Source: a virus
Taxonomy: Duplodnaviria; Caudoviricetes
Length of the DNA: 62,323 nt
IMG/VR virus record: IMGVR_UViG_3300006916_000050
Span: 1 to 62,323 of that record
Strand: one strand, 5' to 3'
Position numbers and translations under genes: made by a program. Each line of letters starts with the position of its first letter. The stretch's first letter is position 1. Positions 37,801-46,581 of the stretch are shown here, piece after piece. The notes below the pieces were generated by a model. It did no database searches and was not told the DNA's origin. It saw only the letters and a list, made by a program, of their open reading frames with translations.

Positions 37801-38421
37801 CGGAGTCGGGATGCCGTCGATGTCGTTGTAGAACTTGATGATCGGGTCAGCGCCTTGCGTCGCACTGCCGTCGTGGAAGGTGTAGCGAAGGTTCTGGAAC
37901 TTCGTCCCGCGCGATCCGAGCCTGCGGTCAACCAAGAGCTGCGAGTCCGCCCATATGCGCAGCACCTCACGGTTTCCGACTGCAGCCGGAGCGGTGCCGA
38001 AGGATGACGCGAACGTCGCGAAGTATTTGTAGGTCGTTTCCTTCTTCTTCTTGCCGCCGCCGCCCTTTCCGCCGCCGGACTTCTTCCGGTTCGTGCGCTC
38101 GGTCAGAGGGTTCGCCCATATGATGCTCGAGATCAGTCGGCGAACGCCGAAGGTGATCGGGATCGGTGCGCCATAGACGGAGTAATTCACATCGAGAGTC
38201 TTGAGCCGTGGTCCGACGTATGTCTTCTTGCCGTTCTCGTCGACGATCGAGTAGCCGGGGAGGTAGCGATCGTCGGGTGGTGCGACGATCGAGAACCTAT
38301 AGACGCCGTTGCCGGAGGCTCCAGAATTGCGAAGCTGATTCTCGAAGTCTGCGCCCTCATTCCAGAGGCTCGAAACACTGCTTTGAGCGGGTGTTGATCT
38401 TGGACCGATATATTGAACCAT
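34816..38421 (-). CDS. Central tail tip / host-specificity protein (GTA-like)
   Basis: YGAPIPITFG..IIWA; PGYRDLMYVVF..FGDRVP; WEVVQF..LLRGRKGSE. Confidence 0.85.
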   Translation of the reverse strand: MVQYIGPRSTPAQSSVSSLWNEGADFENQLRNSGASGNGVYRFSIVAPPDDRYLPGYSIVDENGKKTYVGPRLKTLDVNYSVYGAPIPITFGVRRLISSIIWANPLTERTNRKKSGGGKGGGGKKKKETTYKYFATFASSFGTAPAAVGNREVLRIWADSQLLVDRRLGSRGTKFQNLRYTFHDGSATQGADPIIKFYNDIDGIPTPGYRDLMYVVFDDLPVEEFGDRVPNLSCEIGDNTTLASETLTSTGYNYESVNHMIDLQHQRAYFIVNLGTSNEIHKYNISDGWTLEQEITIDTGYVSGFNDRSVIYIPWEEAFFLADSSLSASQECNFVDAWSGEVISTLNITGSGGTFGVDDGDQPEMMTAGQLDNLSYNQTIIAGFTFQDTIVIYSVNPTSRALQWFYGSNISAITSINWSCVTIGAEYYGALDVYYGDDNGHIYCLQCLQAQAVLWKGGTEGAVYHDFGNSNMQISSMLYDKFDDSLIINYDNGTGEGVLKFDPVSKTTIWDTGDIDLVVKEPHAMQYSDISGGIMAYPIVGGGWAEIDLRDGSITEFTGASNASLTFTYDSKSRAGYGVNSGSSDPQRYRYDLLEDERQTLKAFLELAATMAGYTVGTDFIVDPEIDDLIDGAYITERVSFRALLDSCSTIYAFDVIESGGALKLVRKPASISSVDYDFELASTDIAMAQNDNPNAVAVMTRREMDLTLPRSIEITYVDKTRDYGYSSQNFQRTANPIGTMYSNSTLTVRVPIIMTADEAKALAYRALFLTWASRVTYQFRVPQEFIYLEPSDIGTVEVVGNATNFTYTCRIVEASYNADYSVSFKAVGYLVDEPITISADAGTYLQASTPFFSLGLFVPIDCVLLRAQDDASTFTTAAAITLYGQGYPLLSLSERWTGGYAQISLDNIEFTDFEWFFGAPVVGRMMNQLGIPENTQSADTVNTMTVRLQNEDYNSEIATCTDLQLLNGENAAVVGHPRTGWEVVQFRDVSVSGGVYTLSHLLRGRKGSEHMTGHPEFSSGTNPHYAGEYVFLLDADFMRFYAVPLTSKDTNLAYRFVSNGQDELDAITSFSTFTGESAIPLEPVNVNGVASGADMVMTCHRRDRSVPEWGDLTGDIINTEQTQVINILLTQNADGTGNSLAQATTENGSGLEEVTFTAAQLNTVYGTSTPATIYATAYQYSAFLTANGRQMTMKSITTGL

Positions 38422-38852
38422 TACTCTGTCCCTCTGAATCGGAAGGCCATGATCGCGCTGTCGACCATGATCTCCATTGCAGTGATCGAGACCTTGCGAG
38501 CGTGCGCCTCTGCGTGCACGATATACCGTCGGCCGTCACTGTCGTCCGTGACCACGATCCCGCAGTGGTGCGGATAAGGCCCAGACTTGAACATGACCAC
38601 GTCGCCGTTGCCGACATCCCGGAGAAGGACCCTGTCCATGTGCTCCTTGAACGGTTGCAGGAGTTCGTGACCGCGCGAGTCGCGACTGTAGGCGATCTTG
38701 TCCGGGTAGGTGTGCAGGTCGAAGGGCTCGGCGACCTTGAGGATAAGCCCGACGCAGTCGATCCCGTCCCGGTTGCGCCCGAGGTGCCTGTAGCGTACGC
38801 CGACCCATGTCCGAGCCTCCGCCGCGATGTCCTTGCGCTTAACCAGAGACAT
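38421..38852 (-). CDS. NlpC/P60 tail peptidase
   Basis: ARTWVGVRYRHLG..GIDCVGL..HCGI. Confidence 0.9.
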   Translation of the reverse strand: MSLVKRKDIAAEARTWVGVRYRHLGRNRDGIDCVGLILKVAEPFDLHTYPDKIAYSRDSRGHELLQPFKEHMDRVLLRDVGNGDVVMFKSGPYPHHCGIVVTDDSDGRRYIVHAEAHARKVSITAMEIMVDSAIMAFRFRGTE

Positions 38853-39708
38853 ATCCGTTCACCCAATCTGCTCCCGGCTTCGCCGGTTCCCCTCGGAAGT
38901 TGAGGACGTTGCTGAATTTGCTGTTGCACGTCGTGATGCGCTTGTCGCAGCCCGCGTATATCGTTGCGGTGTCACCTATCTGTATGTCAAAAGGCATTGG
39001 AAGGGTCATCCGAAGCGACTGCGTCGTCCCAGAGGCAGAGCTGCTCGCGATCTCCATCTTGACGCCGCTGTTCAGGCCGCCCGTCCAGACGATCAGGCCG
39101 AGGGAGAAGTATCCGGTCGCCAGTGTTTGAGCGATTGTCCCGGCGAAGTTGCTCGAGGCGCTGATGACAGACGTCACGGTGAGCGTGTCCGTGATGGTGC
39201 CGGTGTCCACTAGGCACTTGCTGTCGCCGAGATCAGCTCGACAGGACGGCATGTATATGTTGCCGAGGACGAAGTTGGCTCTGTACAGCTTGCCCCGGAG
39301 CTCGATCCGGCAGAAGCCCTTGTGAGTGTTCTCGATCGCGCCGATGTTGCCAGAGAAGATCGTCATCAGGCCGTAGCTCACGGTCGCGTTCTCGTAGTCC
39401 ACGAGGTAGACATCGACCGACGCGAAGTCGAACAGGCCGACGACGACGTCCTGCTCGTTGATGAAGCTCGAGTCGTAGGACAGGATCGCCTCCGACGTCT
39501 GCGTGACGCCGCCGATCGTGCCGTATATGGCCGACATCAGCAGGGAGGCTTCTGCGTAGTACGTGTCGCCGTCGTAGACGATGTCCGCGTCGTGGTCGGT
39601 GAACCTGTAAATGTTGCCGTCCGTCCGCGTGATCACATACAAGCGAGCGAGCGTGGTCGCACCTGATGCAAGAGCGGTGCGGAGGTTGGCTGTTGTGGTT
39701 ATGCTCAC
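38839..39708 (-). CDS. Baseplate hub (DUF2163/BR0599-like)
   Basis: FTDHD; CRADLGDSKC; AGCDKRITTCNSKFSNVLNFRGEP. Confidence 0.9.
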   Translation of the reverse strand: MSITTTANLRTALASGATTLARLYVITRTDGNIYRFTDHDADIVYDGDTYYAEASLLMSAIYGTIGGVTQTSEAILSYDSSFINEQDVVVGLFDFASVDVYLVDYENATVSYGLMTIFSGNIGAIENTHKGFCRIELRGKLYRANFVLGNIYMPSCRADLGDSKCLVDTGTITDTLTVTSVISASSNFAGTIAQTLATGYFSLGLIVWTGGLNSGVKMEIASSSASGTTQSLRMTLPMPFDIQIGDTATIYAGCDKRITTCNSKFSNVLNFRGEPAKPGADWVNGYVSG

Positions 39709-40313
39709 TCGCGGACCTCGATGATCGGCAGGTTAGGGATTCGACCTGCTTCTGCCCACTCAAGTTGCACAGAGATTGCGTCCGTGTCAAACCGCATTGG
39801 CACATCGAACTCGAAGTCGGCCGTGACGGCCGCCGCAGCTGCCGGGGTGTTCGGCCCAGAGAATGTCACTGTGCCGGTCGTGTAGTTGATCGTCGCAGCT
39901 GTAGGCACTCCGGCGACGTAGACCGTCACTGTGCCGTTGACCGGCCGCGTGATCGTTCTGGTGTACGGGAACACCGTGTCGTCGTAGACCTTCACCAGTT
40001 GGAAGACAGTCTCGACGCCGTCGCCGGTGCCGATCGTCCCGCCGACGACGCTGTAGTCAGACCAGTCCTTGAACAGGAAGCCCCGAGCCTTGCCGCGTCG
40101 TGCGCGGAAGAACTCGATCAGCTCGAAGTAGGAGTCGCGCTCGGCGATGCCATATCCGATCGTCCCGATCCAGCGAGCCTGTGACCAGTTGATCTGCGAC
40201 ACCTCGTAGCCGCCGTCGAGGGTCGTGACGTTCGTGCGATAGGAAGGACCGCCCCGAGCTCCTCGCTCGATCGTGACCGGCAGCCGGACTGCATCTACTG
40301 GAATCGTTGCCAT
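39705..40313 (-). CDS. Distal tail protein (DUF2460/TIGR02217-like)
   Basis: FFRARRGKARGFLFKDWSD; IGTGDG..FQLVK; FEFDVPMRFDTD. Confidence 0.9.
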   Translation of the reverse strand: MATIPVDAVRLPVTIERGARGGPSYRTNVTTLDGGYEVSQINWSQARWIGTIGYGIAERDSYFELIEFFRARRGKARGFLFKDWSDYSVVGGTIGTGDGVETVFQLVKVYDDTVFPYTRTITRPVNGTVTVYVAGVPTAATINYTTGTVTFSGPNTPAAAAAVTADFEFDVPMRFDTDAISVQLEWAEAGRIPNLPIIEVRE

Positions 40314-40316
40314 TGC

Positions 40317-42824
40317 TTATCTCCTCGACTGCGCATTTTTGACCATCGAGGCGAGCTCGTTCTCGATTTGTGCAGAGCTCTCCCGGAATGAGTTTGCGTC
40401 TTGCACGCCTTGCACAGTCATGTTGATTGAAAGCGACTCGTTGTTATCCCGGATTCCCGCGTCCATGGTCGCGCGTGCCGCCGCAAGCGCCTGTCGGTCC
40501 TGTGCGGTGAAGTTGGAACCGTCGCGGTTCTTCTGGTTGCCGTTCTTGTCGTACATGGTGCCATACGCCGCCGAGCCGTTGTTGAACTCGCCCATGCCGC
40601 CGCGAGCTTCAGCGAACGCCGCCTTGTAGTCGACCAGAAACGCGTCCTTTTTCTGCCGCGTCTCGAAGTTCTTCATCTGTTGAATCAGGTACGCGAACGC
40701 CTCGCCCTGATCCTCCAATAGCAGACCGCCCAGCCCGAGATTCTTAGCGATCAGAGCTGGCATTTTCTTGATCGACTCCTCTGCCTCCTTGCCGAATATC
40801 GACCCAGCCAGCGAGGCTGCCTGCCCCTTCAATGCTTGCGTCTCCGAGCTCGCGCTGAAAGTGTACTTTCCGCCGCCTCCCGAGATGCCACCCGCGCCGA
40901 CGTAACCGGCGAGGTTCACCATGTCCTTGTTGTAAAGGTCAGGGAACAGGTTCGACCCGAACGCCTGATTCCCACCGGTCAGGCTTGGCGCTGTCGAGTC
41001 CGCTCCGCGCGAGACGTTGGTGGTCAGCGCCTTCCAGTAGTTGCCGGGTGTTACTTGAACATTCTGCTCCTTGACGAAGAAGGGGTTGTTCACTGCGTCC
41101 GTGATGTTGCTCGCTGCTTGATAGGTCTTCGTCGTCATCCCCTCGACTTTACGAACGATCGTATTGCCGGTGCTTATGGTGTTGTCGACCGATCCCAGAG
41201 CTGCGACGATGTTGAACGAGCCACGAGCGACGCCCTCCGCGATGTCCCGTACGGTCAAGCCGCCGTCGCGTGGTCCCGCGTACTTCTTAGGGGTCACGTT
41301 TAGCTGCTCTCCGGGCATTAGGTCGACCATGGCCCGGAAGTTGTCGGTGTTGCCGTTGCCGGGTACAGTGAAGCCCATACCGCCCGCAGCTCGGCCCATG
41401 TAGTTGATGGAGCCGCCTCCGGCCATCTTAGAGGCACTTGAGCTACCCGCAGAGCTCGAACTCCCGCCACCGGCCGCCGCAAGCCGTTTAAGCGCGGCAA
41501 TGGCACGGTTGACGCCGTCGATGATGGCGTTGACCACGCCCACGATCGCGGAGACGGTGCTTTTCACTATAGCAATGAATCCATCCCACGCGCCGGACAG
41601 TGTTTCGATCGCGGACGCGCCCGCCGTCTTGATTGCATCCCACGCGCCCATGACAGTGGCAGAGAAGGCTTCGAAGGCCGCCGCCCCGCTCTCGGTCTGC
41701 GTTATCCAATAGACCAGCCCAGCAACGGCCGCCGCGATCAATGTGGCGATAAGGATGAAGGGGTTCGCCATGAGCGTTGCAGTTAGCACCTTGAACGCCG
41801 CAGTAACCTGCGGGAGCAAGGCGATCAGCTGAACGAAGGGAGCGATGAATGTCGAGTAAGCGAACGCCGTCGCCCAGACGCCCGCGAGCGTCAGGACGAT
41901 CGGCGCGATGATGTTCATGTTGTTAGCGACAAATTGGATCGCCTGCGCCAGCATATTGGCCGCTGTACCGGCCGTCTGCGAGCTCTGAATCCAGATCAGT
42001 ATCGCGTTGTTGAGCTGTGTAAACGCCTGCGGGATCGTGACCGACATCTTGTCAGCCAGAGGTTGCAGCTGCGCCGCCGCCTTTGCCAGACCTTCTGCGA
42101 ACGCCTTCGACGTGACCGTTCCCGCCACCACTTCCGCCCGCAGCTTTGCGGTGGCTCCCGTTGCGCCATACATTGCGGTGGCCACTGCCTTGACCAGATC
42201 AGGCATAGTTTGGACGACCGAGTTATACTCTTCCGCCCGAAGGATGGAGTTGCCCAGACCTTGAGTCAGCTGCATGAGCGCGCCGGAGAGCTCGCCTTGT
42301 GTTCGGCCCGAGACCTTCGCACCGAGTGCGATGGATTCGAATATCTTGTTGACCTTATCGCCGCTGATTCCGAGGTCTGTTTGAAGCCGGTTTATCTTGG
42401 AGTAAACCTCCGCAAGCGCACCGAGCGGCGCGGAATTCTGTTGAGCGACCTTGCCGACGTAGGCGAACTTCTCGTTGAGGTCTTCCGTGCTGGTGGAGAC
42501 CAGCTTGATTTGGTTCTCGACGCTCTGCATCTGGCCGAGCAGGGATACCGCCCACGTCAGGGACACGCCAGCGCCGATGATCCTGATCATGTTGCCGAAG
42601 GATCGGCCCGCGCTGTAGGCTGCCTTGTCAGCTCGTTTGAGCTGCGCTGCAGTCATTGTGGCCGACTGCCCGAGCCTGTCGACGCCCTTCGCACCTTTCG
42701 CCGCCTGTGAGCCCGTCTTGTCAGCCGACCGCCCGAGCTTCTCGAGTATTTGAGAAGCCCGCTTAGCGCCCTTTTCGGCGCTGGTTGTGTCGATTCCTAG
42801 TTGGAGAACTGCGCTCTCGGCCAT
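40317..42824 (-). CDS. Tape measure protein
   Basis: Ala-rich helical; ALMQLTQGLGNSILRAEEYNSV. Confidence 0.88.
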   Translation of the reverse strand: MAESAVLQLGIDTTSAEKGAKRASQILEKLGRSADKTGSQAAKGAKGVDRLGQSATMTAAQLKRADKAAYSAGRSFGNMIRIIGAGVSLTWAVSLLGQMQSVENQIKLVSTSTEDLNEKFAYVGKVAQQNSAPLGALAEVYSKINRLQTDLGISGDKVNKIFESIALGAKVSGRTQGELSGALMQLTQGLGNSILRAEEYNSVVQTMPDLVKAVATAMYGATGATAKLRAEVVAGTVTSKAFAEGLAKAAAQLQPLADKMSVTIPQAFTQLNNAILIWIQSSQTAGTAANMLAQAIQFVANNMNIIAPIVLTLAGVWATAFAYSTFIAPFVQLIALLPQVTAAFKVLTATLMANPFILIATLIAAAVAGLVYWITQTESGAAAFEAFSATVMGAWDAIKTAGASAIETLSGAWDGFIAIVKSTVSAIVGVVNAIIDGVNRAIAALKRLAAAGGGSSSSAGSSSASKMAGGGSINYMGRAAGGMGFTVPGNGNTDNFRAMVDLMPGEQLNVTPKKYAGPRDGGLTVRDIAEGVARGSFNIVAALGSVDNTISTGNTIVRKVEGMTTKTYQAASNITDAVNNPFFVKEQNVQVTPGNYWKALTTNVSRGADSTAPSLTGGNQAFGSNLFPDLYNKDMVNLAGYVGAGGISGGGGKYTFSASSETQALKGQAASLAGSIFGKEAEESIKKMPALIAKNLGLGGLLLEDQGEAFAYLIQQMKNFETRQKKDAFLVDYKAAFAEARGGMGEFNNGSAAYGTMYDKNGNQKNRDGSNFTAQDRQALAAARATMDAGIRDNNESLSINMTVQGVQDANSFRESSAQIENELASMVKNAQSRR

Positions 42825-43167
42825 CGTTGCGTTGCCTTACCTTCTCGTCGATCATCGAGATGTAGTTCAGATCGACTGCTTGAATGATTCGAAGATACTC
42901 GAGTCGGTCGTCAATGTCGACGATATTGAACATATCGAGCGCCGCAGCGATCTCGGTGATCGCGATTGATTCGGCTCCTCTGTCCGTTATGCCCCGGCAT
43001 TGATGCAGTGAGAAGTAAACCTCGCTGTAGCGCTGGAACTGATCCTTGATCTTAGGTCGGTTTAGCAGGCTCTTCGGGATCGTCCCGGAGGTCTGCGCCC
43101 TGTCGATCAGGAATTGCTCGCGCCCTCCGAAGTCGATTCCCCACCGGAGGTACTCGGTGAGTTTTTT
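42763..43167 (-). CDS. Tail assembly chaperone, -1 frameshift extension (gpGT-like)
   Basis: Open -1 frame KLTEYLRWG...IIQAVDLNY after the slippery A_AAA_AAC at 43161-43167. Confidence 0.75.
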   Translation of the reverse strand, partial: KKLTEYLRWGIDFGGREQFLIDRAQTSGTIPKSLLNRPKIKDQFQRYSEVYFSLHQCRGITDRGAESIAITEIAAALDMFNIVDIDDRLEYLRIIQAVDLNYISMIDEKVRQRNDGRERSSPTRNRHNQRRKGR

Positions 43168-43547
43168 ACCGCTGCGGCCTCGTGCTTGCCTTGGAAGTTA
43201 GACATCTGACCGGACTCCTGCAGTATGCGTGCAGTGAATCTCTCGACCTCGAGGAAGGTCTTCTTTGCGACCGCCTCGGAGAAGTTAACAGGACCCTCGT
43301 CATCTTCGACGCCGTCCCAATCAAGCACAAGGTGCTTCGCCATGCCTTCCGAGACGATCGCGTTCATCTCGTCGTTCGTTGGCTCCTTGCCCATCAGGGC
43401 GTACGGCTTCTTCTTGTGTTCGACGAACTCCATAAAAGGCCGGTAGCTTGCGGCGCGCATCTTGACGCGTACGCCGGGGAATATGTCTTCAATCCAGACG
43501 CCCTCGTTCTCGAGCTTCTTGTCGGTCATGAGTTCTTTGAGGTTCAT
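43107..43547 (-). CDS. Tail assembly chaperone (gpG-like)
   Basis: LENEGVW..VLDWDGV..KNS; between the major tail and tape measure genes. Confidence 0.8.
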   Translation of the reverse strand: MNLKELMTDKKLENEGVWIEDIFPGVRVKMRAASYRPFMEFVEHKKKPYALMGKEPTNDEMNAIVSEGMAKHLVLDWDGVEDDEGPVNFSEAVAKKTFLEVERFTARILQESGQMSNFQGKHEAAAVKNSPSTSGGESTSEGASNS

Positions 43548-43616
43548 CAGTCGGGTCCTTTGCCATTGCCTGACGGTGGAGGATGTGAGAGCACCTCCCG
43601 AAGGAGGTGCGCCCGG

Positions 43617-44810
43617 TTAGCTGCGCGACACTTGGATCATGTGAGTGCCTGCAGTATTCAGTAGAGCTTCGAATTCAGAGGAGACGAAAATGTCTTCGTC
43701 CGATCCGCCTGCGACGATCTCGGCCGAGGTCAGCTTCGCTTTCGGGAGGTTTACGATGTAGTAATTCCCGGACGCGTCCATGGCCATGAAGGTCAATTCG
43801 AAGGCCGTCGCAGCTGCGAACTTGTCGTACAGTGTCGAGTCTTCGAAGTACAACTCCATGCTGCCACTGATCTCGCAGCGACCGCCGACGACGCCGACGA
43901 AGCCCAGAGTGCCGACCGCTTCCTGTCCGCGCACATTGTTCGCGATGTTCAGGTCCAGCGAGTTGAACGAGAATGTCGTACCGCCGGGATCGCCGTCGAA
44001 GGTGATCGCCGAGATGTTCGACACTGCGTTCAGGACGTCGTTGGTATTGGCTGCCGGTGTAGTGGCCGAAGCGAACTGCGTCTCGGTCATTGCGCCATTC
44101 AAGGCGATGAATCCGAAGGACGTGGTCAGGATCGACCGGGTTGCGAGGTTGAGGTTCCAGCTGTCCACGACCGAGCCGACGAAGTTGTAGTATTCAACAG
44201 TCGAGAGATCGGTGAAGCCCTTCTGCAGTGTGAAGGACTTCTTCGTGACGCCGTTGCGAATGTAGTTGAGCGGGGTCAATGTGACACTGTCGCCAGCTGA
44301 TTCCGACGCGACGTTGGTCAATGGCTTGATGCCGATTGTGCCTGCAGCGATCGAGGTGATCTCGGCGTAGAAGGTGCCAGCGACGGCGAAGCCCGTGACT
44401 GCCAGAACTTGCCCAACGACCCATGAGTTCGCAGCGAGGCCAGAGCCGGAGTCCGTGATCGCCCATGTGTTCGGAGTGCCGCCGGTCTTGACGATGGCTA
44501 ACGTGGTCGCAGGGCCAAGCGCCGAGCCTGTAGTCTGCCATGTGCTGAAGAGAGCCGACTCGATGAAGTCGTCCCACGTAGAATATGAGAACTCTCCGTT
44601 GATGGAGCCGTCCGCAGACGCGCCCACGAGGATGGTGTCGGTCGTTGCTCGGTCGGCTCGGAGCTCGTTGGAGCGTTCGAACTCGATGTTATAGTTGAGG
44701 CTCTCGTCGGTGAGACGGAGCTCTTGAAGTGCAGGTGATGCGGGTGTCGTGCCGAAGGTCACTTCGGCGACATAGCGCACGCTGATGTAGTTAGAGGCTG
44801 CAAAAGTCAT
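43617..44810 (-). CDS. Major tail tube protein
   Basis: YVAEVTFGTTP..SNELRADR; ISGSMELYF; position in the operon. Confidence 0.85.
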   Translation of the reverse strand: MTFAASNYISVRYVAEVTFGTTPASPALQELRLTDESLNYNIEFERSNELRADRATTDTILVGASADGSINGEFSYSTWDDFIESALFSTWQTTGSALGPATTLAIVKTGGTPNTWAITDSGSGLAANSWVVGQVLAVTGFAVAGTFYAEITSIAAGTIGIKPLTNVASESAGDSVTLTPLNYIRNGVTKKSFTLQKGFTDLSTVEYYNFVGSVVDSWNLNLATRSILTTSFGFIALNGAMTETQFASATTPAANTNDVLNAVSNISAITFDGDPGGTTFSFNSLDLNIANNVRGQEAVGTLGFVGVVGGRCEISGSMELYFEDSTLYDKFAAATAFELTFMAMDASGNYYIVNLPKAKLTSAEIVAGGSDEDIFVSSEFEALLNTAGTHMIQVSRS

Positions 44811-44822
44811 GCCGGAGTTCTC

Positions 44823-45248
44823 CTAAAATAGCTCGTCTCGTTCAAACGGACAGGTCACGTTAACCTGAAACCAGTTTCCATCCGTCCCGATACGAGAGAC
44901 CGAAGGAGTAAAGAACCGGGTCTTGGTCGCGGCGTGCTGCCACTTTCGAAGGATCGAGGCCACCTCGTCCGCCATGGCCAGCGCCAGACCGTCACCCACG
45001 TTCAAGGGTGCGAATATATTAACCATAACCACGCCCGAATGTCTATAGGTGTCGGAGTTGTTGGTGGCCGCCCCGAAGGACGCCTTGAAGGCTTCGCCGT
45101 CCAGTATTGTGACGCGAATCCACTCGTCCTCGCTCGGAGGATCGAACTCTGCGTTCGACCATGCGATCGGGACCGCAGCATAGGCTCCGGCCGTCCAGTC
45201 GGTGTTGATCTTGCTCCGAATCGCGTTGTGCGCTGCAGCGTAGCCCAT
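44823..45248 (-). CDS. Tail terminator (DUF4128-like)
   Basis: IAWSNAEFDPP..GVVMVNIFAP..WFQVNVTCPF. Confidence 0.75.
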   Translation of the reverse strand: MGYAAAHNAIRSKINTDWTAGAYAAVPIAWSNAEFDPPSEDEWIRVTILDGEAFKASFGAATNNSDTYRHSGVVMVNIFAPLNVGDGLALAMADEVASILRKWQHAATKTRFFTPSVSRIGTDGNWFQVNVTCPFERDELF

Positions 45249-45251
45249 AGC

Positions 45252-45647
45252 CTAGCTCCCATATTTCGACTTGAACCGCGCGACGTTGATCGCGACCATC
45301 CCAGCCGGTGCTTGCTTCGACCAGCCGTTCTCTAGCCGGTTTATGTATGGCAGGTTGTTTGCCATCCAGATCGTGTCGCCGAGCTTGAGCTGCGCGACCG
45401 CCGCGTTCAGCTGCCCCATTGCCTTCCCTGCCGAGCCGCCTGCGCTCACTGCGCTCGACGGGTTGCCGATCGTCGTGAACCAATTGCCACGAGCGCGACC
45501 GGTGTCGACAGGTGTCCCGAGGATGACGCTGGAGTCGATGTCGAGAGCGATCTTGCGGAACACCTTCTCGAACGTCTCCTCCGACTGTTCGCCGAACTTC
45601 TTCAGGTCGAGCTTGAACTGCGTCGTGTTCTTGAACTTGACGACCAT
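45252..45647 (-). CDS. Neck protein (HK97 gp10-like)
   Basis: TPVDTGRARGNW; NNLPYINRLENGWSKQAPAGMV. Confidence 0.85.
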   Translation of the reverse strand: MVVKFKNTTQFKLDLKKFGEQSEETFEKVFRKIALDIDSSVILGTPVDTGRARGNWFTTIGNPSSAVSAGGSAGKAMGQLNAAVAQLKLGDTIWMANNLPYINRLENGWSKQAPAGMVAINVARFKSKYGS

Positions 45648-46019
45648 CTAGTCCTCCACCAAGAACTTGTAGACCACCGCCGTCCCGCCCGGTCCGACCT
45701 CGTTGATGTCGAGGATCGCGTAGACCTGCGAGCCGAAGACGACCTTGTCCGTCGCTTCCGGTGTCACGCCCGCCGTGGCGAGCTCCTTGGCCGACACGAG
45801 CAGGATGTAGGCCGCCCGAGCGACCAGCTCCTCTTGGAACTCTGTCCGGTTCCCGAGCTTGAGCTTCAGGAACTTGATCGCGGTGTCGGTTGCCGCGTTC
45901 GTGCTGATGCCGGTCGCCTCGTCGTATGTCGGCGCAAGTTGGCGCAGAACGCCGTCCATGCCGAACTCGGCGATCAGAGGTGCCGCGTCGTTGTCCCGGA
46001 GGTCGGTGTAGAAGGTCAT
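45648..46019 (-). CDS. Head closure / head-tail joining protein
   Basis: LIAEFG..YDEATG..PGGTAVVY; synteny. Confidence 0.7.
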   Translation of the reverse strand: MTFYTDLRDNDAAPLIAEFGMDGVLRQLAPTYDEATGISTNAATDTAIKFLKLKLGNRTEFQEELVARAAYILLVSAKELATAGVTPEATDKVVFGSQVYAILDINEVGPGGTAVVYKFLVED

Positions 46020-46020
46020 G

Positions 46021-46515
46021 TCAAACTCGCTTCAGAGAGCCCGGTGCCAGTACGACGCCCTTGAGCTTCTTGTAAACGTGGACGGGGATCGCGGCGACTA
46101 CGCCGTTGGAGTAGGCGGTGTCGTACTTGATGGTGATCACGTCGACAGTCTTCTCGGAGATCGAGCGACCGGTGTCGGCCGTCAGGATGCCCTCCATGTC
46201 GAGGGTCCCAGCGCGATAAAGCTCGGCGATCTCTGCCATGGCTTCCTCGACTTGCCACGGCACTTCGTCGACTGCAAATACATAGCCATCGTCGTCCTCC
46301 GCGCCAGCCCGAGGCCAGCCGAGGCGCTGCGCTTGCGTGTAGCGCGTGCCGCGCCAGTCAAGGTTGCGATCAAGCCAGTCTGTAGCCTTGATGATTGCGA
46401 TCTCGCGATTCGCCGTGGTGTCCGCTGCCCACGCCGTGCCGCCACGATCTGACCAGTACGTGTCGACGTTGGCGAGCGTGTCGTATGCGTTATTTCCGAC
46501 TGTGAGAGTAGGCAT
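46021..46515 (-). CDS. Head-tail adaptor (DnaT-like domain)
   Basis: NAYDTLA..IKATDWLD..QRLGWPR..VPWQVEEA..VDVITIKY. Confidence 0.8.
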   Translation of the reverse strand: MPTLTVGNNAYDTLANVDTYWSDRGGTAWAADTTANREIAIIKATDWLDRNLDWRGTRYTQAQRLGWPRAGAEDDDGYVFAVDEVPWQVEEAMAEIAELYRAGTLDMEGILTADTGRSISEKTVDVITIKYDTAYSNGVVAAIPVHVYKKLKGVVLAPGSLKRV

Positions 46516-46581
46516 GGAAGAGACTCCTCGTGTAAACGTGCTCCACAATACCGTTTCTGGCACAGGAGAGCAAGCAGAGGT

